From a virus (taxonomy: Duplodnaviria > Caudoviricetes), in the IMG/VR virus record IMGVR_UViG_3300021400_000138, positions 121,391 through 185,390 of that record: DNA of 64,000 bases; one strand, given 5' to 3'. Numbering within the stretch: position 1 is the first letter of the stretch; each line of letters opens with the position of its first letter. Of the stretch, positions 37,431 to 47,096 are shown piece by piece. Under the pieces are notes generated by a model, which saw only the letters and a program-made list of their open reading frames with translations, ran no database searches and had not been told where the DNA came from. The translations under genes and the position numbers were made by a program.

Positions 37431-38270
37431 TCAAAAATCTAACATTGTTTCGTCTATTTCTAGGGTATCTGAGTCATATTGATTCATATATTCATAAACA
37501 TCGAAATGTTCCATAATACCAAGTTCTCGACGTTTTGTATTTACATATTCTTCAAATTGTTCTGGAGTATTATTGTATCTGCCATACACATTATGAAAGC
37601 TACCTTCAAAAGCAGTGCTATGATATTTCGCTCCAATACACACTCCGCAATTTATATCAAACCTTGTATTCGGATATAGTGCAAATGAATATATATGATG
37701 AACTTCAAGATTCTATGTCTCACCAGATATAATACATCTGCCCCGATCTTTCTCTATAACTCCTTTACGAAATTGATAATATTCTGGAGTTTTTCGCAAA
37801 TCTTCTGTTTTTTGAATTTCAGCTTTTGGTCTTCTATGTCCGATTGAACCACGACATGTAAGTTTTTTGCCAGATGTAAGTTTATAAATAGAAGAGGATA
37901 TAACTTGTCCACATGAACATTGACAAAAATAATATGGCATACGATTACTATTATTTGATTTTTCTTCATCGTATCCAATAACTGTAAGTTCACCAAATAC
38001 CTGACCCGTCATATCTTTCGGATTATTGTATTCACATTCCTTACAAATCAATTTATGATCTGGCCTATCTACTATATTTAAAATTCTTCTTAATTCACTT
38101 TCGTGTATTCCGTTAGGGCATTTAAAATAATACTTTTGCTTCGTCCCATACGGAATCTCTGATGGCAATTTATCATTCTTTTCATAATCCCAAAGATCTA
38201 ATATATCATGACGATTATTTGATAAACACCATTCTTCAAAAGTCTATTTGTATGTATATTTATTTCCCAT
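37431..38270 (-). CDS. Free-standing HNH homing endonuclease, 279 aa; TAG=Gln
   Basis: LWDYEKN..YFKCPNGIH Zn ribbon, GQVFGELTV..CQCSCG, and (Q)NLEVHHI...FHNVYGRYNNTPEQF. Lies directly downstream of the suppressor tRNA. Confidence 0.8.
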
Positions 38271-38294
38271 ACTTCTACCTCCTTAGAGTTGAAT

Positions 38295-38380
38295 CTCCTG
38301 ATATAGTTAAACGCAATGCGGAGAAGCCAGGAGGAGCTTCTCCATATAAGAGTGATCAAGTTCTTATATTTATTGCGTTT
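38295..38380 (-). promoter_or_regulatory. Structured leader (three-way junction plus pseudoknot) upstream of an HNH gene
   Basis: Stems AAACGCAAT/ATTGCGTTT, TATAAGA/TCTTATA and GGAGAAGC/GCTTCTCC. Loop CTCCTG is complementary to a downstream CAGGAG. Confidence 0.5.
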
Positions 38381-38382
38381 GC

Positions 38383-38475
38383 TAAGCCCGCTGGAATTCG
38401 AATCCAGATTACCTCCTTCAGAGGGATATCACGCTTTTAGAGAGCGGTGCACTAGTCCAGTTGTGCTACGGGCCT
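38383..38475 (-). tRNA. Amber suppressor tRNA, anticodon CUA (probably Gln-inserting), 93 nt with long extra arm
   Basis: AGGCCCG TA GCAC AACTGGACTA GTGC A CCGCT CT-CTA-AA AGCGT GATATCCCTCTGAAGGAGGTAAT CTGGA TTCGAAT TCCAG CGGGCTT A. Anticodon at 38438-38440. Confidence 0.85.
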
Positions 38476-38537
38476 ATATATTGGACAGTAAAAAATACCG
38501 TCCTTAAAATAAAAAGAGCAGATAATCCACTCTCAAA

Positions 38538-38930
38538 TTACAAATAATGTTTATAAAAATAATCGTTTATCATATCTACTACTTTATCCTCAAGATGATA
38601 TTCTTTAATCCTTTTGTTTATATCAGCATATAAATATTTATCCGCCACAGGATGATTTAACACATCGCCCATAACACGAAAATCATGTTCCGCACAATCA
38701 ACAAATGACTCATCATCTGTATGATAAAATACGACGTTTGTAGTAGCCTTATATTCTTCAGATTCATACTCACAAATAAGATATGTGTCATCCGGATAGC
38801 TGTTTTCTTTAAGCCAGGATATCAAACTATCATCTGGTTCGTTTTCGAATTCTAAGATCATATCTGCTTCAACTCTATATACAGCACCACAAATAGATAA
38901 CACTTTGTTGATCTTATACATCTTAAACAT
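38538..38930 (-). CDS. Hypothetical protein, 130 aa
   Basis: RBS AAGGAG before ATG at 38930 (MFKMYKINK), within ORF 38538-39038. Confidence 0.6.
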   Translation of the reverse strand: MFKMYKINKVLSICGAVYRVEADMILEFENEPDDSLISWLKENSYPDDTYLICEYESEEYKATTNVVFYHTDDESFVDCAEHDFRVMGDVLNHPVADKYLYADINKRIKEYHLEDKVVDMINDYFYKHYL

Positions 38931-39102
38931 AAGATTTCTCCTTTTCATCAAAATAAAAAAGAGCGGGACATCAATCCTGCTCAACAAAATAATCGTAAAA
39001 AATGGGGTCGACCTACCACCGCAAAAGTAGCAGATCAACCCCGTGAATAACGATGGTGAACCACCGCTATTGAGCTTTTCTTAAATAATCTACTTTCACT
39101 AA

Positions 39103-39525
39103 TCAATTCTTTTTATTATATTTGTTATGCCTGTCAAATTTCTTTTCTTTTGTTTCCGAAGGATTCTTGAATTCTCTTTCTTCTTTCACTTCATCTTTAG
39201 AAGAATCTGTCTCGACAGGCTCAACCACATCTTCGGGTTTTTCTTCTACCTCATCAACAATATCAAGAATCTCTTTCAGTACAGGAACTACAGGAGTTCC
39301 ACCATGAATAACATAACTCAAATCACCAAGTGCCTCCAGGGCGGCTTTGGCAGCTTCTTTTGTAATCTCTTTACCTCTATACTGTTGCCAGATATCATAG
39401 ATATCTTTGCATTTATAATCATGAACAAGATATCTCCAAGTTTCAAGAGGATCATATTCTTTACATCCGTGAGCGCAATATTGATATTCTACGCCACAGC
39501 AAAAACATTTTCTTTCGTGAGCCAT
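39103..39525 (-). CDS. Hypothetical protein with N-terminal Cys-rich Zn finger
   Basis: RKCFCCGVEYQYCAHGC. RBS AAAGGAG. Confidence 0.7.
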   Translation of the reverse strand: MAHERKCFCCGVEYQYCAHGCKEYDPLETWRYLVHDYKCKDIYDIWQQYRGKEITKEAAKAALEALGDLSYVIHGGTPVVPVLKEILDIVDEVEEKPEDVVEPVETDSSKDEVKEEREFKNPSETKEKKFDRHNKYNKKN

Positions 39526-39567
39526 TATTATCTCCTTTCTATGAATGTTATTAGGTACAATTAATAT

Positions 39568-40743
39568 TTATATATAAGCTTTAACTCTCATCTGAGTAAA
39601 GCGTGATTTTCTTAATTCACTAGGTTTATATTTGTCGAATATCCAAGTACCGAGTTTTGAATTTTCTGCATCGGCGTGAGTGAGGATATTACCAGATAGA
39701 TATGATTCTATGGAAAATGGAATGTTGATGCCTAGTCCACGGCGTTTGGCGTTGATGTATTCTTCAAGCTGTTCAGGTGTGTTATTATGTGTGCCGTAAA
39801 GATTATGAAACGAATCAACGATCTTAGCCTGATGGTGCAAATCACACAAACATATTCCATTTTTAACGTCTAATCTTAAATCTTTATATTTAGAAAATGG
39901 ATTAATATGATGTACTTCTAAATTTTCCCGACTGCCACAGCACTGGCATGTATAAAAGTCTTTTTTCAATACATTGTTCCTCCAATCCGCATATTCTGTC
40001 GAATTTCTACACCTTTGATTTTCTTTTAAGATACCACCACGCCACTGCGGAGATTCTTCACCTCTCGGTATATTTGCAATCGCTTTTTCTTTTGCACATT
40101 CTGGACAAATATATTTTTCCTTATTTATATCTAAAATACGTTTTTTATAATCGTCATGAATTCCATTCTCACATTTAAACCAAACATATTCTTTGCTTCC
40201 ATATGTTTTGTCGAACGGACCAAACAAATTTTTATCCGACCACACCTCAACATATTCTGGATGTTTATAGCCAAATGAATTTGTTAGACATACACGTTGT
40301 CCAGTACAATATGGACATTTGTCATGACCATTAGAATAATTATTTGCAGCGACATCAAAATCATCATGGTTAGGATTGTCTAAACATCTCAACCATATTT
40401 TATTTTTACTAGATCTATCTATGTCAAAATATGACTTTTCATTCTTATCAGACCAAAGCATATTTAAATAATCTAATCCATATTTATCAATTATATATTG
40501 ACCTATAGAATTACAGGCATGACAAATACAATAATATCCTCTTTTCTTATACCCTTTAACAACGTTTCCAATACAAATCATTCTTGATTCATGTAATTCA
40601 TCTGGACATTTAAGCCAATATTTTTTATTTGTAGTCGAACTAACTAAATTTGGGGAAATATCATTTAACTTATAGTCCCACAGTTCTAATAATTCATTAT
40701 AGTTGTTATCTATACAAAACTGTTCAAAAGAATAATTAATCAT
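39568..40743 (-). CDS. Free-standing HNH homing endonuclease with repeated Zn-ribbon (WSDKN...W.KC) domains
   Basis: CQCCGSRENLEVHHI...NGICLCDLHH...FHNLYG. RBS AAGGAG before ATG at 40743. No TAG. Confidence 0.85.
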   Translation of the reverse strand: MINYSFEQFCIDNNYNELLELWDYKLNDISPNLVSSTTNKKYWLKCPDELHESRMICIGNVVKGYKKRGYYCICHACNSIGQYIIDKYGLDYLNMLWSDKNEKSYFDIDRSSKNKIWLRCLDNPNHDDFDVAANNYSNGHDKCPYCTGQRVCLTNSFGYKHPEYVEVWSDKNLFGPFDKTYGSKEYVWFKCENGIHDDYKKRILDINKEKYICPECAKEKAIANIPRGEESPQWRGGILKENQRCRNSTEYADWRNNVLKKDFYTCQCCGSRENLEVHHINPFSKYKDLRLDVKNGICLCDLHHQAKIVDSFHNLYGTHNNTPEQLEEYINAKRRGLGINIPFSIESYLSGNILTHADAENSKLGTWIFDKYKPSELRKSRFTQMRVKAYI

Positions 40744-40768
40744 GTTCCATTTCTCCTTATAATGAAAT

Positions 40769-40853
40769 CTCCTAAATTTAAACAAAATAAAAGAGCGGGG
40801 TAGGAGTTCCCCCGCTCTTGTCAGTTAGTTCATGACGCTAACCTATTTATTTT
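40769..40853 (-). promoter_or_regulatory. Structured leader with the same architecture as 38295-38380
   Basis: Stems AAAATAAA/TTTATTTT, GTTAG/CTAAC and AAGAGCGGGG/CCCCGCTCTT. Loop CTCCTA is complementary to a downstream TAGGAG. Confidence 0.5.
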
Positions 40854-40919
40854 TTAAAAGGCCACTAGCTTTAAAACTAATGACCCAGAATATTACTATT
40901 ATATTATCAGAAAAACTTA

Positions 40920-42548
40920 TTAAGCAGCAGCAACACCGCTGATAACAAGGTCTTCTTCTGGATACTTATAATTTAAAATAATAACTTATTTTAAATCTTC
41001 GTTCATACAAAGACGCTACTCTTTGCACAGTTCTCTAACGAACTTCTTATACTTTCATATAAGCACAGACTATATCTTATCCATACCGTATTACTACGGG
41101 TTAGGCGAAACCACTTCGGCTGTCAATCGCTTACAGCCTACTCCTCTCAAGAAGGATAGTCGTTGAACCTTATTCTATTCGAATCTTGGCTGCTGATTTC
41201 CTATTGTCTAATCGGCACTTAGGATTTAACCATATACCATACAATAGATTTTTTCTGCTTTCGCAACATTCGCGTTTACACATATTTCATTGTTACGCTG
41301 TAGTTCTATTGTCTTTAAGGATTTCCAGCAATTCAGTTTCTTTATTCAGTGAAATAATCACTATCACATACAAGTTTCCCTATATGCTTACCATCCAAAT
41401 TTAAATTGTCAAAAAATATAGCAATTTAAAGCGAATTATTCGATAAATGTAATAGAGCGACTGTGTGCCAGCACAATAATCCACGTTCAGATTACCAGAG
41501 AAATCGACCTCTTGTGTCTCTGCATCCAGAGAAATAGTCATAGAGGGATCGGCGGCAAATCTCGGAATTACTACGTAGCAAGGTTTAAGATCGTTATTAC
41601 ACGGATCACCATAAGCACAGAAAAGTGTAAGCTTAACAAGACCCGGAAGATCTTTAGTAGTGTTGGAGAGCATAGCCCCAGAAACAACATCACGTTCATA
41701 CTTTACAAGATACTGAATAGGCTGATCTTCGCCAGCTGCAGGAGCAGTAAAGACAGCGTTAGAACCAGTACCAGTTACAAGTGCCGCTGAATCTGCTGCA
41801 CTAAGAGCAGGAGCATTTGCTCCATTACCATAAAGGCCAATTACACGAAGAGTACCTGTCTTAAGATCAGGAATCTGAATAGCCTTTCCAGCTTCAACAA
41901 TATAAATCTTCGGCATCTGAATAGCGGCAGAAGCAGAAGCATATGTAATTTCTTTACCAGACTGAGCATTAAGAGCTGCTGGATGGAGAAGTGCGTTTGT
42001 AGCGGTAAAGGTACCAGTTTTTGTTCTATAACTTGTACGGATTACATTACCCTTTTTATCAACAATATCGCTAGAATCAGCACTAATTTCAATGGATGCA
42101 CCAGACAGCTGATCAAGAGCATATTTCAGATTGTCATTGTCATCCTGAGCTACACCATAAAGTATTTCCTTTCATACCCTGACTTTCGTCATATTTAATA
42201 GGGAATAGCCTATATCTTCACCCTATACTAATAGGGGGTTGGCGCTTCGATTTAAGAGATTTTCACTCACTGAGAATTTCACTCAGCCCTACTCCTGTTG
42301 TGGAATTTCACCACTTAAAGGATAGGCGTTTAACGTTACTGCGAAACAGTTTTCGCACAGGATTGCCATATTACTGGTGTATGTAACTTAGGTGTTCCCT
42401 GTTAGCCAATTTACTAATTATCATTTCCTATAATTCCTAAACGTTAAATTGACACCCTAGATTTCTAGGTTCACCAACTATCGACATACGTTACCGTATG
42501 AAGCGACCAAAATTAATCGATGTAATGATTACCCAATTTAAAAGCCAT
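40920..42548 (-). CDS. Major tail (tube) protein, 267 aa, split by two group I introns
   Basis: Exons 42548-42516, 42168-41443 and 40964-40920. MAFKLGNHYID|EILYGVAQ...LYYIY|YPEEDLVISGVAAA. RBS AAGGAGG. Follows the neck genes. No TAG. Confidence 0.8.
40965..41442 (-). mobile_element. Group I intron (major tail intron 2), 478 nt
   Basis: R element GGTTCAACGACTATC, S element TAAGATATAGTCTG. Exon ends in U, intron ends in G, frame restored. Confidence 0.85.
42169..42515 (-). mobile_element. Group I intron (major tail intron 1), 347 nt
   Basis: P1 CGAU|/GUCG, P7 GCCTA/TAGGC, ends GAAAG, frame restored. Confidence 0.9.
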
Positions 42549-42670
42549 AGTATTTTCCTCCTTTATTTAATAATTAGTTATATAGATACAAAGGAATAAT
42601 TATCTATATATTCTACGGAATAATTATTACCCGTTAGCAACCACATTCACTTAGTGATCGGTATAGATAA

Positions 42671-43537
42671 TCACCCATTATCTTTAAGTTTTTTATGAAC
42701 ACTATTATTAGTGTCACGAATAATTTCTCTCATAAAATTATAATCTTCTGGTTTGAGTTTAGATCCATCAACAAATCCAGAATACATCCCCTTCATAAGA
42801 GCAGTACTCTATTCATAAATCTAAAGCCGACTAACTGAATCATAAAACTAAAATATACCAACTTCTCTAAGTTCCTATAATTTATATTTAAAACCAGGAT
42901 GATTCACACATGCCGAAATAATCGGCTATAAAATGGATTGCTATTTTCCAGAATCTTCATCCTTCTATCTCGATTCAATTTGACGTTTATCTTTCTCTAT
43001 ATACCACTATTTAAGGAACGGACTATTAGTTATCTTTTCTTCCGGAAAGATATTAAACACCATTCTTAAATACTGGTTCATATGATTCCAAACATCATAA
43101 TTGATCGCAATCTCATCCTGATCATTCCATAATATTATTTCCGTATCTTCTGGTAATTCGACAAATGAAGCATTTTCATCGGGAGGACTGCCGTCTTTTT
43201 TTCGAAGATATGGTTTAAATTTTTTCAGATCTAAATCACCAAATAACATATGCTATATTTCTGGATCAACTTTGGTATATAACATAGAGAATAACTAAAA
43301 ATCAGAAAATACATTCCAATCTATCCCCATGTCCCAAAGAAAAACTCGGTACTAAGTTGTATTAGTTATAAAGACATTTAAATTCTCAAATATCTTATTC
43401 TCACCAATTTCAACAATATCTCCAATAGTCGGCTGATAGATAACTATTTCTCCTGGGACTCCGTCAAGATTTATATGATACGGATCACGAAAATACACCT
43501 TAAGAATATCAAAATCAACCTTTGGATTCCTTGGCAT
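42671..43537 (-). CDS. Conserved tail-region protein, 288 aa; many TAG=Gln
   Basis: Joins ORFs 43352-43537 and 43007-43249 and continues ISACVNHPGFKYKL(Q)ELREVGIF(Q)FYDSVSRL(Q)IYE(Q)STALMKGMYSG to TGA at 42671. Confidence 0.75.
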
Positions 43538-44105
43538 ATATTTCCCTGTTGTTCATTCGTGTAATACCATTATAAGTTTTTGCCAAATTATTATCCGTAT
43601 CTTGCTCGAATATCAACGTTCGACAAGAATAATCTGTATCCATAACACTTGGTTGGTCAGATATTAATCTTATCTTTGGGCCAAATAAATTAGTCCAATT
43701 GAACGTATGAATTATTTCCGCAGCTAATAAATCATGACGGGCAATACCAGTTAGTTTTTCTATATTATTTTTTTCTTCACATAGAATGTAGAATATGATC
43801 TGCTGAATTTTCATATTTGAGTTGTATCTTTGTACATCTTTGTATGATATTTCAAAACAAATAAAGTTCTAAACATTATGCTACGTCGGATGAACCAGAA
43901 AAAAGGGGTATATATTCTGCCCAAGATAATCACTTGGATCTGCTTCCTGTTCTTCTAACTCTTTATTATTTAACAAATAAATTATCAGATCATTATCTAT
44001 GAGAGCTTTTTTAATAATTTCCTTATACCTGATATCATCGCTATCAGGAAGATTTTTTAAATTACGGAGTTCCTGAATCTGTTCTTGTGTTAATTCCATA
44101 TTCAT
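43515..44105 (-). CDS. Putative tail terminator / neck protein, 196 aa; TAG=Gln
   Basis: ORFs 43881-44105 and 43515-43814 are in frame across two TAG. Motifs NIYPF...ICFEI...RHDLLA. Confidence 0.6.
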
Positions 44106-44113
44106 TCCCTCCT

Positions 44114-46282
44114 TTATAATGCGATAATTTCAATTTGAAGGCTTGCGACCGCATCCTTCGAAGTGTTGGTTACTGTTAGTATTTTGCCTATATAAGAATC
44201 ATCACCCAGGAATTTAACTTTTACCTTATTTCCATCTGGAATTAGGGTAAGTAATTCCGTATCAACTGGATCGCCATCTATAAAGAATGTCCAATCTCCG
44301 ACTGGATAATCCTCTACAACTTCGTTATCCTCATTATAATAGGTGACGGTGAATGTTTTGGCTGAGCCACCAATCTTGAACTGCGGTTTTCCGCTGCATG
44401 TGATTGTTGATGTTACAGTAGAAGAGGAGGTGGGTTGATCTTCATCTGGAACTGGTATACCTGGAACAGGTTCCACTTCACTTTCTTTCCAATCTGCCCA
44501 CCAGGCAACCACATTACCGTATTCATCATAATCAGCTTTAAGCGTATGTTGATTAGCAAGGTCTTGAGCGCACGTATATATTGCGATACCCTTTGAATTT
44601 GATCGGTTAATTTTACTGATCTACCAAACTCGTGGTTCTGTTAATACATGTGCGTCAATCACTAAATATGTGTTGTAGTATAAATGTTCGGTATCACGAT
44701 TAAGTGGAAGACAAAACTGGGTCTGATCTTCCGGTTGCTAGAATTTATAATCTAACCATAGCAAAATATGTTACTAACTCATACTAAGTAGAGGTGGTCA
44801 TTTCTGCCACCTTCTGCAATTTTATAATTGTGGGATATTTTTGCAGATCAGAATAAATCATCGCCTTTTCAGGCGGACAGCGTATAAATATGTGTTACCA
44901 CATATAAAATATATTCGTTAAGGATTTTTGACAAAAAAATAAAGCCCTTACGGTTTAACATAAGAGCTTTCATAAATAAACATAGGCTGGGTGACATTCC
45001 AGCATCTCCAATATAGGTGACGGATGCCTGTTCCGTCCGCAGATGTTTATTATTCATTAGAATTATTATTTGTTAATATATTTGTTTTTACAAATTCAAC
45101 AAATTGTTTTAGAATATCAACTAGATCTTTTTGATCAAGTTCCCCAATTTTAAAAATAAAATCACTTTCTCTTAAATATTCAAATTTTGAAGTCCTTGCT
45201 GTCGATGCTAAATGTAATCCAGCATCACTCCAGTGAATAATTGGAGTATCAAAAGAATCATCGATACGAACTTCATGTTTTGTTATTTTTACTGCAATAA
45301 CCCATGGTTCCATTTCATCGATTACAACAACTGGCCTATTCGTGAATTTATCTTTATTCTCTTCCAAAAGAAAACTTGCAAACCAAACTTCACCCGTTTT
45401 AAACTTCAATATATTTCTCCTTCAATTTATTAAATAGATCATCCCATTCAGTTTCCTGAAGCCATGGATCATCTTTTGATAATGCAATAGAATAGTCATC
45501 ATGAGAATGCCCTAACACAGGGGCATATATCTCATTACGATGATTTCGTATAAAATCTAAATATTCCTCCATAAAGAACACCTCACATTTTATTATTTAT
45601 ATTAACATATATGAAATTAATTGTCAATATTTTTGTCAAATCTTATCCTCGGGATTGTCCTTCCCACAGGAGTTTTCCCGATAAAAGCTGTCTTATAATT
45701 ATATGTTTCCATATAACACGGCCTATGTTGACCGGAATTATAACTATTCTAACTTCTGCTTACACCAGGGAACTCATAATATTTGCCATTCTTAATCCAA
45801 CGATAAATATCATCACATCTAAGAACCTCCCAAGTCGGAAATTGATTCTCATCCCTGTCAGCAGTAGCAACCACCAACCAGCGTCTATATATGTCATCTT
45901 CTCCCTTTATCCATACATAAAGACCAACGGGATATCTGGCATTATAACGCCTACCAAACATTTCATCATAATAATCTACTTCACACTTATGACCTGGACG
46001 AAACTATATATGCATAGTGACTTCGTCTTTCTAAAACGTCTTCTTGCTATGAGCAATAAACTTGATATCAATCGGGATAGGATTATGATCGGTTTCAGGA
46101 TTAAATCCTTCCAATCTCAATCTATTTTCCGGAGTTGTATGATAATAGTCAAAGAAATATCCAACCTAATACTGAACGTCCTATGTAAACGTAGCGTTCA
46201 TGATTACGTCACTCTGAATCTTCCTAGCCCTTCCAGGAATCTGCGCCTCATGCATATTCTTAAAATCACTGAAGGTAATCAT
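44114..46282 (-). CDS. Putative head completion/closure protein, 399 aa, split by a group I intron; TAG=Gln
   Basis: Exons 46282-45731 and 44761-44114. GVSRS(Q)NSYNSG|LWLDYKF. C-terminal Ig-like segment. Lies among the neck genes. Confidence 0.7.
44933..44970 (-). terminator. Intrinsic terminator of the intron-borne TA operon
   Basis: AAAGCTCTTATG-TTAAAC-CGTAAGGGCTTT followed by ATTTTTTT. Confidence 0.7.
45050..45409 (-). CDS. mazF: PemK/MazF-family endoribonuclease toxin
   Basis: GEVWFASF...NRPVVVI...AVKIT...HWSDAGL..STARTSK...KIGELDQKD. TTG start overlaps the antitoxin 3' end. Confidence 0.8.
   Translation of the reverse strand: MKFKTGEVWFASFLLEENKDKFTNRPVVVIDEMEPWVIAVKITKHEVRIDDSFDTPIIHWSDAGLHLASTARTSKFEYLRESDFIFKIGELDQKDLVDILKQFVEFVKTNILTNNNSNE
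45399..45572 (-). CDS. Putative antitoxin, 57 aa, acidic
   Basis: Small gene upstream of and overlapping the toxin (LSKDDPWLQETEWDDLF). RBS GAGGTG. Confidence 0.65.
   Translation of the reverse strand: MEEYLDFIRNHRNEIYAPVLGHSHDDYSIALSKDDPWLQETEWDDLFNKLKEKYIEV
45599..45627 (-). promoter_or_regulatory. Sigma-A-type promoter for the TA operon
   Basis: TTGACA-N17-TAATAT with TG extension. Palindrome CATATATG in the spacer. Confidence 0.7.
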
Positions 46283-46283
46283 A

Positions 46284-46616
46284 TCAATCACCTTCCTTTA
46301 CATCCATGATCTTAGACCCAGCGTCCAAAATCAACTTGCGATAAATCGCCCATTCAAAACTTTCACTTTCATATTCTTTGAGCGCCGCCTCCAGAAGACA
46401 CATAGTCTCCACGAGTTCCGGTGGCTCAAGCAAAATACTATTCAACCCATTGATTTTATATTGTAAGTTGCGGAATGCTCCAACAACATCAATATCTGAG
46501 TATTCACTCTTTGTTTCAGGATCTACGTACAATAGCAAAAAGAATATACATTTTCGAATAGAAAGCTTGGTTGAATGAATTTGAGCAGAAGAATAGTTAC
46601 CGTACTTTTCGGTCAC
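46284..46616 (-). CDS. Conserved hypothetical protein (neck region)
   Basis: ORF track. Translationally coupled to its neighbours. Confidence 0.7.
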   Translation of the reverse strand: MTEKYGNYSSAQIHSTKLSIRKCIFFLLLYVDPETKSEYSDIDVVGAFRNLQYKINGLNSILLEPPELVETMCLLEAALKEYESESFEWAIYRKLILDAGSKIMDVKEGD

Positions 46617-47077
46617 GATTCTACTCCATTGATAACGCTGAGGTTATATGACCAGTCACGAATTAACTTACGAAGATCAGTTTGAGATTTCTCAAACATG
46701 GCTTTCATTTCCGCCAAATGCTGACTCTATGAAAAAAATTTTTGTTCGCTGTTTGACAAAAGTTGACTCGTCAAAAGCGTAGAATGATATCTTGGCGAGG
46801 CCCAAGCACTTACCATTCCAACAGCCAATACCTCCGTTATAAAATCCGTATCTGAATCAGTATCCAAAGATTCCCTCAGTTCAAAATCAATTTCTTCTAC
46901 ATCATCATCTGCCGAAACAGACGAAAATAATCTGCGAACCATGGGTTTTGACAGCGTAGATCGCAGATATCCATTCAACATTTCTTTTGCTAACTATTCA
47001 TCCAATGCTACAATTTCGTAGTCCTTTATTTTTATGTAAAACCGAGAATATATCTCGGCGTATTCTAAAGAGGCCAT
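46613..47077 (-). CDS. Putative head-tail adaptor, 154 aa; TAG=Gln
   Basis: RBS AAGGAGG, MASLEYAEIYSRFLHKIKDY..., two TAG, TGA at 46613. Confidence 0.65.
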
Positions 47078-47096
47078 ATATATGTACCTCCTTTAC

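Larger units (their letters stand above)
44762..45730 (-). mobile_element. Group I intron, 969 nt, carrying a toxin-antitoxin operon
   Basis: P1 CGGU|C/GGCCG, P10 CAUAG/CUAUG, P7 GAATA/TATTC, ends CATATTTTG. The cargo is enclosed by the stem TTTGACAAAAA...TTTTTGTCAAA just before the R element. Confidence 0.85.

Noticed and set aside
44869-45057. 62-aa ORF after mazF as a third TA gene
   Set aside because: It runs through the terminator and the intron catalytic core, and has no clear RBS.
45611-46309. 232-aa plus-strand ORF and the other short plus-strand ORFs in the track
   Set aside because: They are antisense to well-supported minus-strand genes and lack ribosome-binding sites.
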